Assembly (NCBI RefSeq): GCF_006345805.1
Contig: NC_042997.1
Span: forward strand, 36,456,001-36,520,000
Length of the DNA stretch: 64,000 nt
Origin: Octopus sinensis
Lineage: Eukaryota
Reading direction: 5' to 3'
Shown here: in pieces, positions 25,500-37,163 of the stretch
How the letters are laid out: every line of letters begins with the position of its first letter
Numbering within the stretch: position 1 is the stretch's first letter
Position numbers and translations under genes: made by a program
The notes under the pieces: generated by a model
Database searches by the model: none
What the model was told of the DNA's origin: nothing
What the model saw: the letters and a program-made list of their open reading frames with translations, nothing else

Positions 25500-26195
25500 A
25501 GGGATCTTTATCTTTTGACCTAAAGATTAAAAAAATAATATTTTGTAACTTAGCATTTTCAAACTTCGGACACGAGTAGAATGTGTCATATAAAACAGCT
25601 TTTACTCTTAGCATTTTTGAGAAAAACTCACCTTTACGAAATTATTTCACGTTAAAGTTCTCGTATTTTGGTAATTTCAACAAATCAATGACGTTTATTT
25701 TGAAGCCAAACGGCTGGGCAATATAAATTGTGGTTGTACCTGTAAAATAAAGAAAATCAACTATTTAACATCACCTATAACTAAAAAATCTGTTTAAAAA
25801 ATCTGTAAAATCAAAACAAAATCTTTTCGGCCCTTCAGAATTGGAATTTTTGAAAAGTAAAAATTTAGCATTATGTAGCTTGTTATTCTCTTTAAGCGAA
25901 CACTTTTCTGGTTGAAATACACCGAAAACTGGTAACACAGCAATTAAAAAATTGTAAAAAAATAGGGATTTTCATAGAAAGAAAGCACCTTTTTATGTAA
26001 ATAATTTTTGGTCTTAACGTGGTCCGATTTGAACATTTTATTCTACGGAATGATGAGCAAGCCTTCTTCTATCATATTCTTAATTTTGGTAAACTTGCGC
26101 CACAGAGTATCGGAGGAGATACTGTTAGATGAAAGCTACCAAACCTGCCACACGCACACACACACACACACAAACAACTTCAGCTTTACATATAT
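25500..26195 (-). mobile_element. Non-autonomous Helitron-like element
   Basis: Reverse complement begins atatatgtaaagctgaagttgtttg(tg)n...ggcaggtttggtagc...aaatcggaccacg, the usual TATA-start plus microsatellite layout; 3' end not resolved. Confidence 0.4.
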
Positions 26196-26199
26196 AAAT

Positions 26200-27330
26200 T
26201 TACATTTAGTTTTATCTGTACATGTACAATTAATTATATTCTGGTCTTTATTGTTATTGGAATAATTATTTAATTTGTTGATGTAAAACTTATTCAGCTT
26301 AAATCTATTAAAAGAAGAAATAATTTTACCAATATTATTCGTAGTAGAATAACTAACTCCAGCATTATTCATAGAAAAAATGTCATTATATTAGTTACTA
26401 TCTCTAATGAATACTTCAATTATATTTAAAATCTCTTTAATAATGTTCGCTTTAACTTGAGCTCCCTAAGGAATAATTAACCAAACTTTTTTATTATTAT
26501 TATTAATATTATTATATTTATTTTTTATATTGTTAAATTTATTATCATTAAATGAATTAAATTTCATCTTATTTTCTAGTCTATTATATTCATGTTTTGT
26601 ATTATTATAATACATATTATTAATACCATAATTACCTAAATTATACTTATCCTAATTCTTAATGTTAAGTTTATTATAAAAATCATGAATCATTTAAATT
26701 ATAATCTTTTATATTATAATTAGAATTATTAGATAATTTAACATTATTATTATGTCCTGCCTCTCGCAGAGCTTCATTATAATAAGTTGCGTGTTTTTGG
26801 AAAACTCAAAATTAGAAGAAAGCAAAGATATTCTTTTACCTATATTATCTGTCAACGATTTCTTAAATTGAGGGTGGATGATTACTATTAGAATTAATAT
26901 ATCTAAGTTTTTCATTAATTTTATGCAATGGTTGGATTTCACATATTATTAAATTAAAATTAGCATCTAAATAATTAACATTATAGTTATCTTTATATAT
27001 CTAATACTTAATCCATATCCTTTAAAAAAATTATAATTTCTTCTTATATAATACTAGTGTTCTATTCGTGCAATTCTTATTTGTTAATAAAAGGTCATCT
27101 CTATATAAACCACGCTCCAACTTTAATTTTTCTAATTGAAGTTCCGAGAACAAATAGATACCTACTGAATCAGTTGCCTGTGCTCTCTTCAATTCAGCTT
27201 AGAAGCTACTAAGGTATCAGGAAGAATTATAGTTTCTTGTGGGTACTTAATTAGAAGGGCTACTTATATAAAGGCCAATATAGATACTAAGCACACGAGG
27301 GTGGAACACTTTAAGAATGGGATAAATAAA
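26200..27330 (-). mobile_element. Penelope-like element, decayed RT and thumb region
   Basis: Minus-strand motifs SAQATDSVGIYL, GLYRDDLL, VNYLDANFNL, HPQFKKSLTDNIGKRISLLSSN, GVSYSTTNNIGKIISSFN. Confidence 0.8.
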
Positions 27331-27354
27331 GTAATTACTAAGACCATTTTAAAC

Positions 27355-27420
27355 AATATATGTTTCTTTACTACCCACAAGGGGCTAAACATAGAGGGGA
27401 CAAACAAGGACAGACAAATG
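27355..27420 (-). mobile_element. Isolated SINE-A/Tx1 3' tail
   Basis: tttctttactacccacaaggggctaaacatagaggggacaaacaaggacagacaaa. Confidence 0.8.
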
Positions 27421-28199
27421 AAATATATTTTAAACAATATAGCCATATTGTATAAAGTTAAAATTTAGGGTTATCAAAAATATTATCAAGAATATTATAA
27501 CAAAAGGATAACCTTTCTTTGAACACTTTAATTCTATGTCTTTATGCAGCTGAGGATTGCTCTGCATTTAAATTGATGAAATGATTGCATTATTTAATTA
27601 AATGGAGTTGCTTAAAACGATCGTACTGCATTACCTCTGGATATCCTTGTTGCTTATCTTGATTTTATTCATCTAATTTGAAATTGTATGGATAATATCG
27701 TACTAAATTCTAGTGCCTCAGCATAGTACCTTATTACCTAATTCATCTGTATACATATATATATACATACATAAAGAAATATATGTATATATATATATAT
27801 GTGTATATATATATATACATAATTACAATTTAAGTTATAGACTTAAAATACGCTGTTTCACAATTATTCGTTCTCACAATTACACTCTCATATTTATATG
27901 ATACTTTGACCATTACATATTAATGAAAGATCATCTAAGTCAATTCTACAAAGGCATGCATCCTTCTAATCGATCGCCGGAAGAAGTCTACATCGAGGAG
28001 CGAATCTTGACATATTGTGTTGTACTAGATTTTCATTTCTCGCCTTCAAATTGACTCATTTAATAACAAAGCCAATGACCTTCAGAAAATGTGAATAGCT
28101 ACCATACATTGGTTCCCCATTCAAAATGCAAATATTCCTCATTTGTATGTGTTCAAAACTGTTAAAAACGATAAAAAGTGTCAATTACAAAATTACAGT

Positions 28200-29882
28200 T
28201 CTGTTGCTGTTATATAAAATTTCGTCGAACTTTCGTTTGGAGTTGTCGGCGAACTAAAGATGTATTATCTATTTAAAATTACTGTTGTTTAATTGTTGTA
28301 GTGTTCACTGAACACTTTCCTTTGTGCTCCCTTGTAGCAGTTCGTTTTGCTTTCCCTTCCCATAGAGGAGGGTAGGCCGAGTGAAAAATAGCAATAGTAA
28401 ATATCAGCTGCTCAGAGCTGTCCTCTTCGGAACAGTCGGAGCAGTCATATATTTTGTGGAGCACGATGGAGAGGCTAGATCAGGAATGGATAAGAGAATA
28501 TAGAATTTTCGCAGAGATTGCAAAGGTTAAAAATTATCAAGTCGAATGGAATGAATGGAGAAGTTATACGAAAATTATGAGGCGTGAAGGAGCCAATTCA
28601 GCCCCCACACCCGAGAAAATGATTGTCAACAAGAAGGAGTGTACAATTACATACAAAACACATTCGGTAGTTACTGGCAATATAGAAGAAATGACGATGA
28701 CCCAAGTGGAGAAGGCCCCAAGACCAATCTGGCAAGAAATAACGTATCTTGCCAGAGGGGCCAAGTACGGAAAGATGGAAGTAAAATTCAGAGATGCGAC
28801 ATGGCAAGGCTGAATGCGGCAAATATGTTAAAGTGTTATGAAGTGGTGATGTTGCCTATGTACCATGGAAGGTGTTCTGTGGAGGGAATCCCACCAAAAG
28901 TCGACGTGGCCTGGATAGCAGTCACTTTCTAACTCGGTCATGAGAAGGAGATAGCGGTTCTTCAGGTCACAAAGACAGACATTAAGCATTCGAAAGGGCA
29001 AACATTAAATATGGTTAATCAAAGGCCGAAAGAAATTGAGGAAATACCAGAAACAATAGCAATTGAAGATATTAATAATGTGGGTCAGAGTAGAGCTGAG
29101 GATTCCTTGATGCTACAAGTGTGGCCAGAAAGGCCACATTAAAACTACCCTCTACAAGTCAAAAGAACAGACAAGAGAAACCAGCGGAAACAGAAGAAAG
29201 AGAGAGCGAATCAGAACGAAAATTGGAAACAAACGGTAGGAAATGGAAAATGAAGAAACCGAGTAAAACAAGCACAGAACCCCACCCCACCCACACTCTT
29301 ACTCCCACCCGCCCCTACAGATGCTGAACCTACCCGCCCACCTCTGACATACAAACAAACACATGCGGAGATAAGCCTTTCAACTTTCCCACCTCCCGGA
29401 AAAAAGAATAAAAACAACTATGCAATAATGTATGACATTGCAAACAAGAAATTGTTCGAGGAGATAAAAACGTGGAAAGACATAAGAGCGGTATATAAAA
29501 ATAAATTGGATAACGTGCATTGCTGTCTGTTATTAAATGAGACACAAAAAGAAAAAAAAAAGGTTTAAAAGCGGTTTTCGAATGTGGGGAAATAGACCTG
29601 GATATTGGAAAATTGCCACGGCATTTGGAGTACGTACAACTATAGAAGCAGTACAAGTTCGAGATCTTGGCAGGAACAAAATACAAAAAGTGAACATAAA
29701 AATATAAAAGAAGTAACTCAGTGGTGGGGCTGAGTGAACTTCATTCCATTTCTCATTTTCAATTTTCATCCATTATAACATACGTCTTTTAATTTTTTTC
29801 CATTTTTCATGCCTGTTATATGTCCCCACATGTCCTTGTAATGTCCCCCTCTCCGTTAGCCCCTTGTGGATAATAAAGAAAC
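28200..29882 (+). mobile_element. ORF1-only Tx1-like retroelement (HAL1-like architecture), decayed
   Basis: ORF1 from ~28454 with CCHC knuckle CYKCGQKGHIKT at ~29110-29150; no EN or RT motifs before the tail 'ttagccccttgtggataataaagaaa'; direct repeat aaattacagt at 28190-28199 and 29883-29892. Confidence 0.75.
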
Positions 29883-30429
29883 AAATTACAGTGTTACTGT
29901 TATCATTATTTTTTTCCCAAAAGACACGTCATTTTCTTGTTATTCAGTTGAAAATACAGAAGAGCATCGAATTAGATATTCAAAAGTATTAATACCGTTT
30001 CTAAAGTCCAGAGTCGGAACACCCATTGCGATCGAATTTGTTTTTCAATCAACTTTCCGGGTCGATAAAAATCGTACAATGTGTGTACTTGAGACATTTA
30101 CAAATGTCTGGCTTCACACTAATGTGAAAAACGTTTATTGTTGACGCAAATAGTGCTGTTGTTGATGCTATTGTTATTGTTGCCATTGTTGTTACTCTAA
30201 CGTGGGTATCACTTTAAATATATTGTTTCAAGTGGTGTTTTCGTCGTATTATAAATACCTAATTGCCATAAATTTAGTCTGCGTTTATTTTTGCTGTAAC
30301 TTCATACTGTGTAATTTGCTACAATGGATTCGTCAAAAACAATACTTCAACTGATAGAATGGCAAGTCTTCATTCCACGTGTTTGTGTTGCGAGTTCTAA
30401 TTCTGTTAAGCTTTTTGTTTCATTTCTTG

Positions 30430-30960
30430 GAGTTGATAAGTGAAAGTCCCAGTGAACTATGGGGTCGAGTTGATCGAGCAGTTCACTCATTGGCAAAATG
30501 AGGGACTGATCTTTTTGTCTAAATTAGAAACAAGTTTTTTAAATAATATTTCGTGAGAAGCTAGGTGGCAGAGCTGTTAACGTTTTGGGAAAAAATGCTT
30601 AGCTGTATTTCTTCCAAATTTACGTTCTGAGCTCAAATTCCACTAAAGTCGACGTTACTTTCAGAACCGACGTTTCACTCAAGCACTAGAGACGATGTTA
30701 TTGACAGCTCACTCCACTAAGCTTTCGAGCCAAGTACCTATATCAGAAATATTTATTACTTGTGCTACTGGCAGGCTAGCTGTAACGTTAACGTATTGGA
30801 TGCAGTATTTGGATTTAGTTTTTTGGGTATTACGTACTGGTTCAAATTTCCTTGAAGATGGCTTTCATTTACATTTTGCTGTCGATAAAATAAATTACCA
30901 GTCAAGTTTTGGTATCGATCTTATCATTTAACATCTACCACTAAAATTGTCAGCGTTATG
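30430..30960 (+). mobile_element. Several old SINE family A fragments
   Basis: 'ggggtcgagttgatcg', 'tacgttctgagctcaaattcc', 'ggttcaaatttcc...gtcgataaaataaattacc'. Confidence 0.6.
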
Positions 30961-31376
30961 TCTAATTTACGCGCACGTAATTTGGACTGTGAATTTAAAG
31001 AACCATCAGAGTACCCAGAAAATGAATTGCACTGCGTGTTCATACATGACCCTAAACAAATTTCATTTCCACCACTGCGCGAACTATCAAAAGGTACTAA
31101 TCAAGTTTTCACATCGTTATAATCAACTAATTCCACCCCACTAAGTTCAGGCCTTAAGCTAGTAATAGTAAATCGTTAATATTATTGATAGTCAAAATGA
31201 CAGAATATTTAGTTCATCAGCAAAAATCGTATGCGGCTCTTCCTGCTGGATCAATATATCCCGATTTCAAATCCAGCCAAGGGAAACAGTCGCTTTCTAC
31301 CTTCCTCGGATGACTAAAATTAAAATACTAATGCACAATTGAGATTGAAGTTATCGACTACCACCTTTCCTAAACT

Positions 31377-31536
31377 TATATATTTCTTTATTACCCACAA
31401 GAGGCTAAACCTAGGGGGGACAAACAAGGACAGACAAAGGGATTAAGTCGATCACATCAATCCCAGTGCGTAACTGGTACTTAATTTATCGACCGCGAAA
31501 GGATGAAAGGCAAAGTCGACCTCGGCGGAATTTGAA
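31377..31536 (-). mobile_element. 5'-truncated young SINE-A nested in an older SINE
   Basis: Perfect 13-bp TSD cctttcctaaact at 31364-31376 and 31537-31549. Confidence 0.92.
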
Positions 31537-33302
31537 CCTTTCCTAAACTCGTACCTATGCTAGAAACAATTAAAGATCTGAGAAAGTGCGGAATACTTAG
31601 AGCTGTCGAATAAAAATGTGATGTGGTATTTCTTTCAGCTCATTACGTTCCAAGTTCAAATCCCGTGATGAATATATCTCTCTCACAAATTTCAAGCCTT
31701 GCGTCTATTGTAAAATATTTACTTGTATTGCATACTGCTACGCCGCCACATTTGAAGAACCGTTAGATCGTTGGATATAAGGCTTTGGATTATTTCTCCG
31801 AGATCTATACATAACGAAATGAAATCTCACCGAGGCCAGTTACACATGTCTTTCTTTTGGGAGTCAGAAAATAAATAACGCCAGTTTAAATATGCTCGCT
31901 ACAGTTTTAATTATTTTAGGTCTTGCTTTGTCAGTTCTGCTGTTGGATCTTTCTCTTTGGCTAAATTTTGGCATCACTTGTTTCTAGTGTTTGGTATGTA
32001 AATGCTCTTTAAGTACAATTGAAATATTGTCCTTATACTTTAGTGGCCTCATTCTTATTGCAGTTATTATTGTTATAGATTCTTAAACAGTTTTATAAAA
32101 CAGGCAGAAATAAAATTTCGAATCGTGATAGCCTTTAGAGACCAAGATAATTATGTATCTATTTTTCATATATTTCCTTTAGATTTTTAAAGTGTAATAT
32201 AGCTTTGTTCACTGTAGGGATACTGTCTATTGTGTAATACACGTTACTGAAGTGGTTGTAAGTTCAATGCAACCTACTATTTATATTTCTTCATAGTGCA
32301 ATAATGTATAAAGTATTGTAATGTGGTACACTGCTTGAAATGGTTCTAAAAATACTTTTCTTTCTCTTTTGATATATTTCCCATTATACTTCTAAGAGGC
32401 TGCAAAACATCAGTAAGTTAAGCAAGTCAGCCACCCGACTCGATTGCAAGTTCACTCTATTTATGCCATTAACTCCTTTAAGAACGGACTATACTCTGTG
32501 ACTTGTTATTTCTACTTTTATTCTGAAATATAACTTCAGTGTACCTACAGCAGTAGAACATATTATAAATAAATAAAGAAATAAAGTAAACCTTTGTTAG
32601 TTATACATCAAAGGAAATTTTGTTTTTGCTACTAGGTGTCAAAGTGATGTCAATATTCCAATGTTTTCCTTTGTATGAATGTAATATTTTTGTCTAACAC
32701 CGTGGTGAAAAGTAAATATATTATCTGTTTCAAACTGACATTGTGCTTCTCACAATAAATAAGTTTCCTTTCACTGTGAACTATAGATACTACGTGCAAA
32801 TCCACAAATAGTTGAATCTATCGATGCCCCACAGACCGATCAAATAGATAGTTATGATATCAAGTTCAGACTATTATTATAGTTTTGTAGTGTACCACTG
32901 TAAAGTCCCAGTATTATGTAGTTTTCCTTTTATATTATGAATCAGAAAACACTCGGTCAATACATTTATGGATACATTAACTCAAGAAATAATTGGTGGT
33001 TAAGAGGCACATTTTGAATCACACGTAGTGGTAGATTAAGCCCTACAATGCGAGCAACGTAAGGTAGTATATTTTTGTATTGTAACCCACAAACTAATAC
33101 GTTCTGAGTCTCATTTGCCAGACAGTGTATGTGATAAGAGTGAAAATTAGGGATTCGAGAAAAATATATATCGATAAAACGTACTACACTAAATGCAATG
33201 TAATGCCTCAATGTAACAAAACCAAAAACTGAGTTCCATAATCGACTGTATTCCTATGATGTAGCTCAAAGAAGCCACATTCCTGATGAAATAATGTGAT
33301 TC

Positions 33303-33535
33303 TTATTTCTTTATTGCCCTCAAGGGGCTAAGCATAGAGGGGACAGACAAGGACAATCAAACGGATTAAGTCGATTACATCGACCCCAGTGCCTAACTGG
33401 TAGTTATTTAATAGACCCCGAAAGGATGAAAGGCAAAGTCGACCTCGGCGTAATTTGATCTCAGAACGTAACGGCAGACAAAATACCGCCAAGCATTTCA
33501 CCCGGCGTGCTAACTTTTCTGCCAGCTCGCCGTCG
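33303..33535 (-). mobile_element. SINE family A monomer, full length
   Basis: Reverse complement gacggcgagctggcagaaaagttagcacgccggg...gggcaataaagaaata. Confidence 0.92.
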
Positions 33536-33797
33536 GAAAACTGACGCTTCTACAGTACTTCCCAACGTTATAGAAAAAAATGACCGAAGTCATGGTTAAG
33601 TATTCGGAAGATTAAATTTTAAACTGTATTCTACTCAACACTTTAACGAAAGTAGTTGTATATGCCGTGTTGACGCAGAAAAAACTTTCACGTCCGATGC
33701 TGAATATGTATAAACTTACACTCTGTAAACATCAAATCATTCTTTTTCTGGTAAGACGTATCCAGTCACTTTTGCCATCTAATGATAGCTGTTTTAG

Positions 33798-33840
33798 CAG
33801 TATTCACGCTAGACCACTGAAGGATTGGTGCCATTTCCAA
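33798..33840 (+). other. Candidate 43-nt exon
   Basis: gttttag|CAG...TTCCAA|gtaagt; one open frame SIHARPLKDWCHFQ; no recognisable homology. Confidence 0.15.
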
Positions 33841-34819
33841 GTAAGTGTTAATGATCCAACATAAAATAATTACGCATTCATCTCCTTCTTTTTATCTGCC
33901 TATATCAAATGCGTGGAAACGTGTCACATTCCAAAATTGGGCAACCAGTATTTCTCTGATGATTGAAAGATGGACAGCAGTTTTGATAATATTTGTTTAT
34001 CGAGAAACTAATCATGTTCGCAAAGAACATGGCGGGTTTTCAATTGGTTTCAATCAGATACTTCCGTCTTCAGAGTGGAGTGCAATTTATGTAATAGAGC
34101 GCACATCGATGCATATTCTACGAACCATTTTATGCCTCACTTCTTATTATGCACTTCTCGTCCGCTTTATCCACAATTCTCTCTCTGAAATTTCAAAATA
34201 AGCCACGTATATGACATAGCTCGTCGTCATCTCTATTCGATCAGTATACAACGTGTATACATATTGGCAAACAGAGTACTTCAAACCTGAGTTTCCCAAC
34301 ACATAAGATTAAATATCTCCAAAATATGAATATGTAAAATGAAGTGAGTTTGAATCGTACGAAAATATAATGCGCATAATAAGAAAATAAAGAATTACCC
34401 CATATATTTCAGCACAATAGCACTATGAGGTAAACTCCTTAAAACCCTCACCAAAACTGAATCCTTACAAATATATTTGTCATTGACCATAAAGATGACA
34501 GTAATTTATTCAATTAATCAAAAATTAATATTCATGTTTTAAAGTCTGTTTTATTATGCACATAATAACCTAGGATTTTCTCCTAAGGATAGAGATGTCC
34601 AGAGCACTAAGGTAAGCTGATATTGTATCATGTATTTGCTACTAATATTGGTGTACTACTCACACAACGTGGTGCTACAACTACTAATCAGGTTTTAGGT
34701 AAATTTCCCCGAAAAGAACACGCACTGACCTTCTTGCAATAACGGGCTTTGTGCTGTATCATTACTTGTTTCTTACTTCCAAACATTTCATAGTTCTGAA
34801 TTAATAAAACTTTGTATCC

Positions 34820-35261
34820 AAGGCGGTGAGCTGGCAGAAACGTTAGCACTCCGGGCGAAATGCTTAGCAGTATTTTGTCTGCCGCTACGTTCTGAGTTCA
34901 AATTCCGCAGAGGTCGACTTTGTCTTTCATCCTTTCGGAGTCGATTAAATAAGTACCAGTTACGCACTGGGGGCGATATAATCGACTTAATCCGTTTGTC
35001 CGTCCTTCTTTTGTCCCCTCTGTGTATAGCCCCTTGTGGGTAGTAAAGAAATAGGTATTTCGTCTGCCGTTATGTTCTTAGTTCAAATGCCGCCGAGGTC
35101 GACTTTGCCCGTCATCCTTTCGGGGTCGATGAATTAAGCACTAGTTTCGCACTGGGGTCGATATAATTGACTTAATCCGTTTGCCTGTCCTTGTGTTTCC
35201 TCTCTGTGTTTGGCCCCTTGTGGGTAGTAAAGAAATAGGTATTTCGTCTATTTAGCCCCTT
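34820..35261 (+). mobile_element. SINE family A multimer: head, two ~184-bp units, stub of a third
   Basis: Units start at 34870, 35055 and 35239, each later unit directly after 'aaagaaatag'. Confidence 0.92.
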
Positions 35262-35312
35262 ATATATACGTTTATATATATACATATACGTTTATATATA
35301 TACATATATATA

Positions 35313-35363
<51 letters not shown>

Positions 35364-35570
35364 GACATATATTCAAATACATATATATATATACATATAA
35401 ATATATACATTTATATATGCATATATTCATACATTAAAAAACACAAAACGAACGCCGTCACCACTCACCGTCTCCTTCATTCTCTCTTTCTCTCTGACTT
35501 TCTCTCTCACTCTATCTTAGTCCCCTTCTGTCCTCCTCTCCGGCACTTTGCCACTTTGAATTAATTTAAG

Positions 35571-35744
35571 CGCACAAAGGTGGCGGCGGCGGCGGTGGTC
35601 GTGATGGTGGTAGTTTCACCAGCATCAGTAGTTTCGAATTTTTGCCTAAAGCCATCACTTTTGATGGTGGAGTCTGCCCGTGTCCATCACACTCGGTGGT
35701 CAACTACTACTTATATTGTCGAGCACGAGAAAATAATAAAACCG
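35571..35744 (+). other. Candidate 174-nt exon
   Basis: Upstream pyrimidine tract, tttaag| acceptor, CCG|gtgagt donor, length divisible by 3; two open frames (HKGGGGGGGRDGGSFTSISSFEFLPKAITFDGGVCPCPSHSVVNYYLYCRARENNKT or RTKVAAAAVVVMVVVS...KIIKP); no homology recognised. Confidence 0.25.
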
Positions 35745-36302
35745 GTGAGTTGTATCTGTGATACTCTGCATTAAAATGGGAGAAAAGGTAAACGGTTATG
35801 TAGATCTCATAAAGAGAAAAAGAAAAGCTGACATCGGAGAATTCGAATTTTATAATTAAAGTGCCGCTGATAAATACTGTAAAATATTTTGTCGAAGTTT
35901 CAATAATACAATTGTTTTACGTTGCGCACAAAACACAAACATAGATATTAATCCCCAGACTTGAAAATCTGCGGGCACCTGCATGGAAGTAAACGTAGTT
36001 TATACGCAAGTGTAGTAGGTAGTGTTCTAGGTGTTTGAATCTTAGAAAACCGACTTTGCTAATTGTAAGTAGTTTATAAAATAATTTAGCGCGAATATAC
36101 GGAATTTTGGTGAATCGAAAATGACAATGATATTAGATACTTGTTCATTATTTACATTATTTACATTTGACGGACATTTGTCGTCTTGTTTGTTATTAGC
36201 ACAATGTTTCGGATGATACGCCCTCCCGCCTTCAACAAGTGTCTTGGGGAAATTTCGAACCTGGTTTCTCATTCCTAATGTATTTTCCGATGTAATTATT
36301 TT

Positions 36303-36407
36303 TATCATTATTATTATTATTATTGTTATTCAGTTCACAGCCTGGAATCGAACTCGGAATCTTGGGGTTAGTAGCCCGCGCTCTTAACCATAACGCCATA
36401 TGCCCGT
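36303..36407 (-). mobile_element. Short tRNA-derived SINE or tRNA pseudogene with (AAT)n tail
   Basis: Reverse complement GGGCATATGGCGTTATGGTTAAGAGCGCGGGCTACTAACCCCAAGATTCCGAGTTCGATTCCAGGC plus (AAT)n; A and B boxes present; isotype not called. Confidence 0.75.
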
Positions 36408-37059
36408 CAAAATGTAAATATTGTAAATAACGTACATAATTCCTCATCTCTTTAATATAGAATTCGAAGATACTTGTTAGTAACTTTTAGATTGTGGTTA
36501 TCATAGCATGTAGTTTAATAGTACCATACTTGCCAAAATATTAGCGAATATGCTTTGCACTCCTCAATTTCGTATCTGCTTCGATTGCCTTAAAATTTTC
36601 TACGACCTGTAGAGGTACAAATCATTATCTTCTATTAATCTCTCCAAAAGTAATTATTATTTCAAGGTTAAGCGTTCAGTTTTCTCTAACAGTACGTCAA
36701 TGCAAATATTGCTTTTGCCGTTGCCAAGAACAACAATGTTGTAAAGAATATACCGGCTTCCCCGAGTATAGACTGGAAACACTACTTTGGAAAATGTTCA
36801 GCTATAGTTAATGTGTTAATATAGTTAATGTATTGTTAAAATAGTACTAAGGTATTGGGTGTTGCTAAATCGAGATAAACTAACCATTCATATGGAAGTT
36901 CGCTAACTAAAAAGGCGGTTAACATTATCTCAACTTTGTTTTCAACCTGCTGAAGAAAATAAATCCAGTGGGATACTTAGACAATTTATTCGGCAATCTC
37001 TTGCTACATTTGTAGCAGTGTGACTACGTTACAAATAATGATTTTCATTGTTGTTGCAG

Positions 37060-37163
37060 ACATGAAATGTATATTTAGGCAAAATATTAATAACCGGCAT
37101 TCTGGTTTTGAAACAGATTTTATTGATCCATTGTTAGACATTACAGAACACTGGGCTAAATAA
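37060..37163 (+). other. Candidate terminal coding exon
   Basis: Strong acceptor ttttcattgttgttgcag|; only the phase-1 frame is open (DMKCIFRQNINNRHSGFETDFIDPLLDITEHWAK*), compatible with the Gly-rich frame of 35571-35744. Confidence 0.18.

Noticed and set aside
32397-32412. 16-nt microexon candidate (ctaag|...ATCA|gtaagt)
   Set aside because: Frame-shifting length and no supporting context
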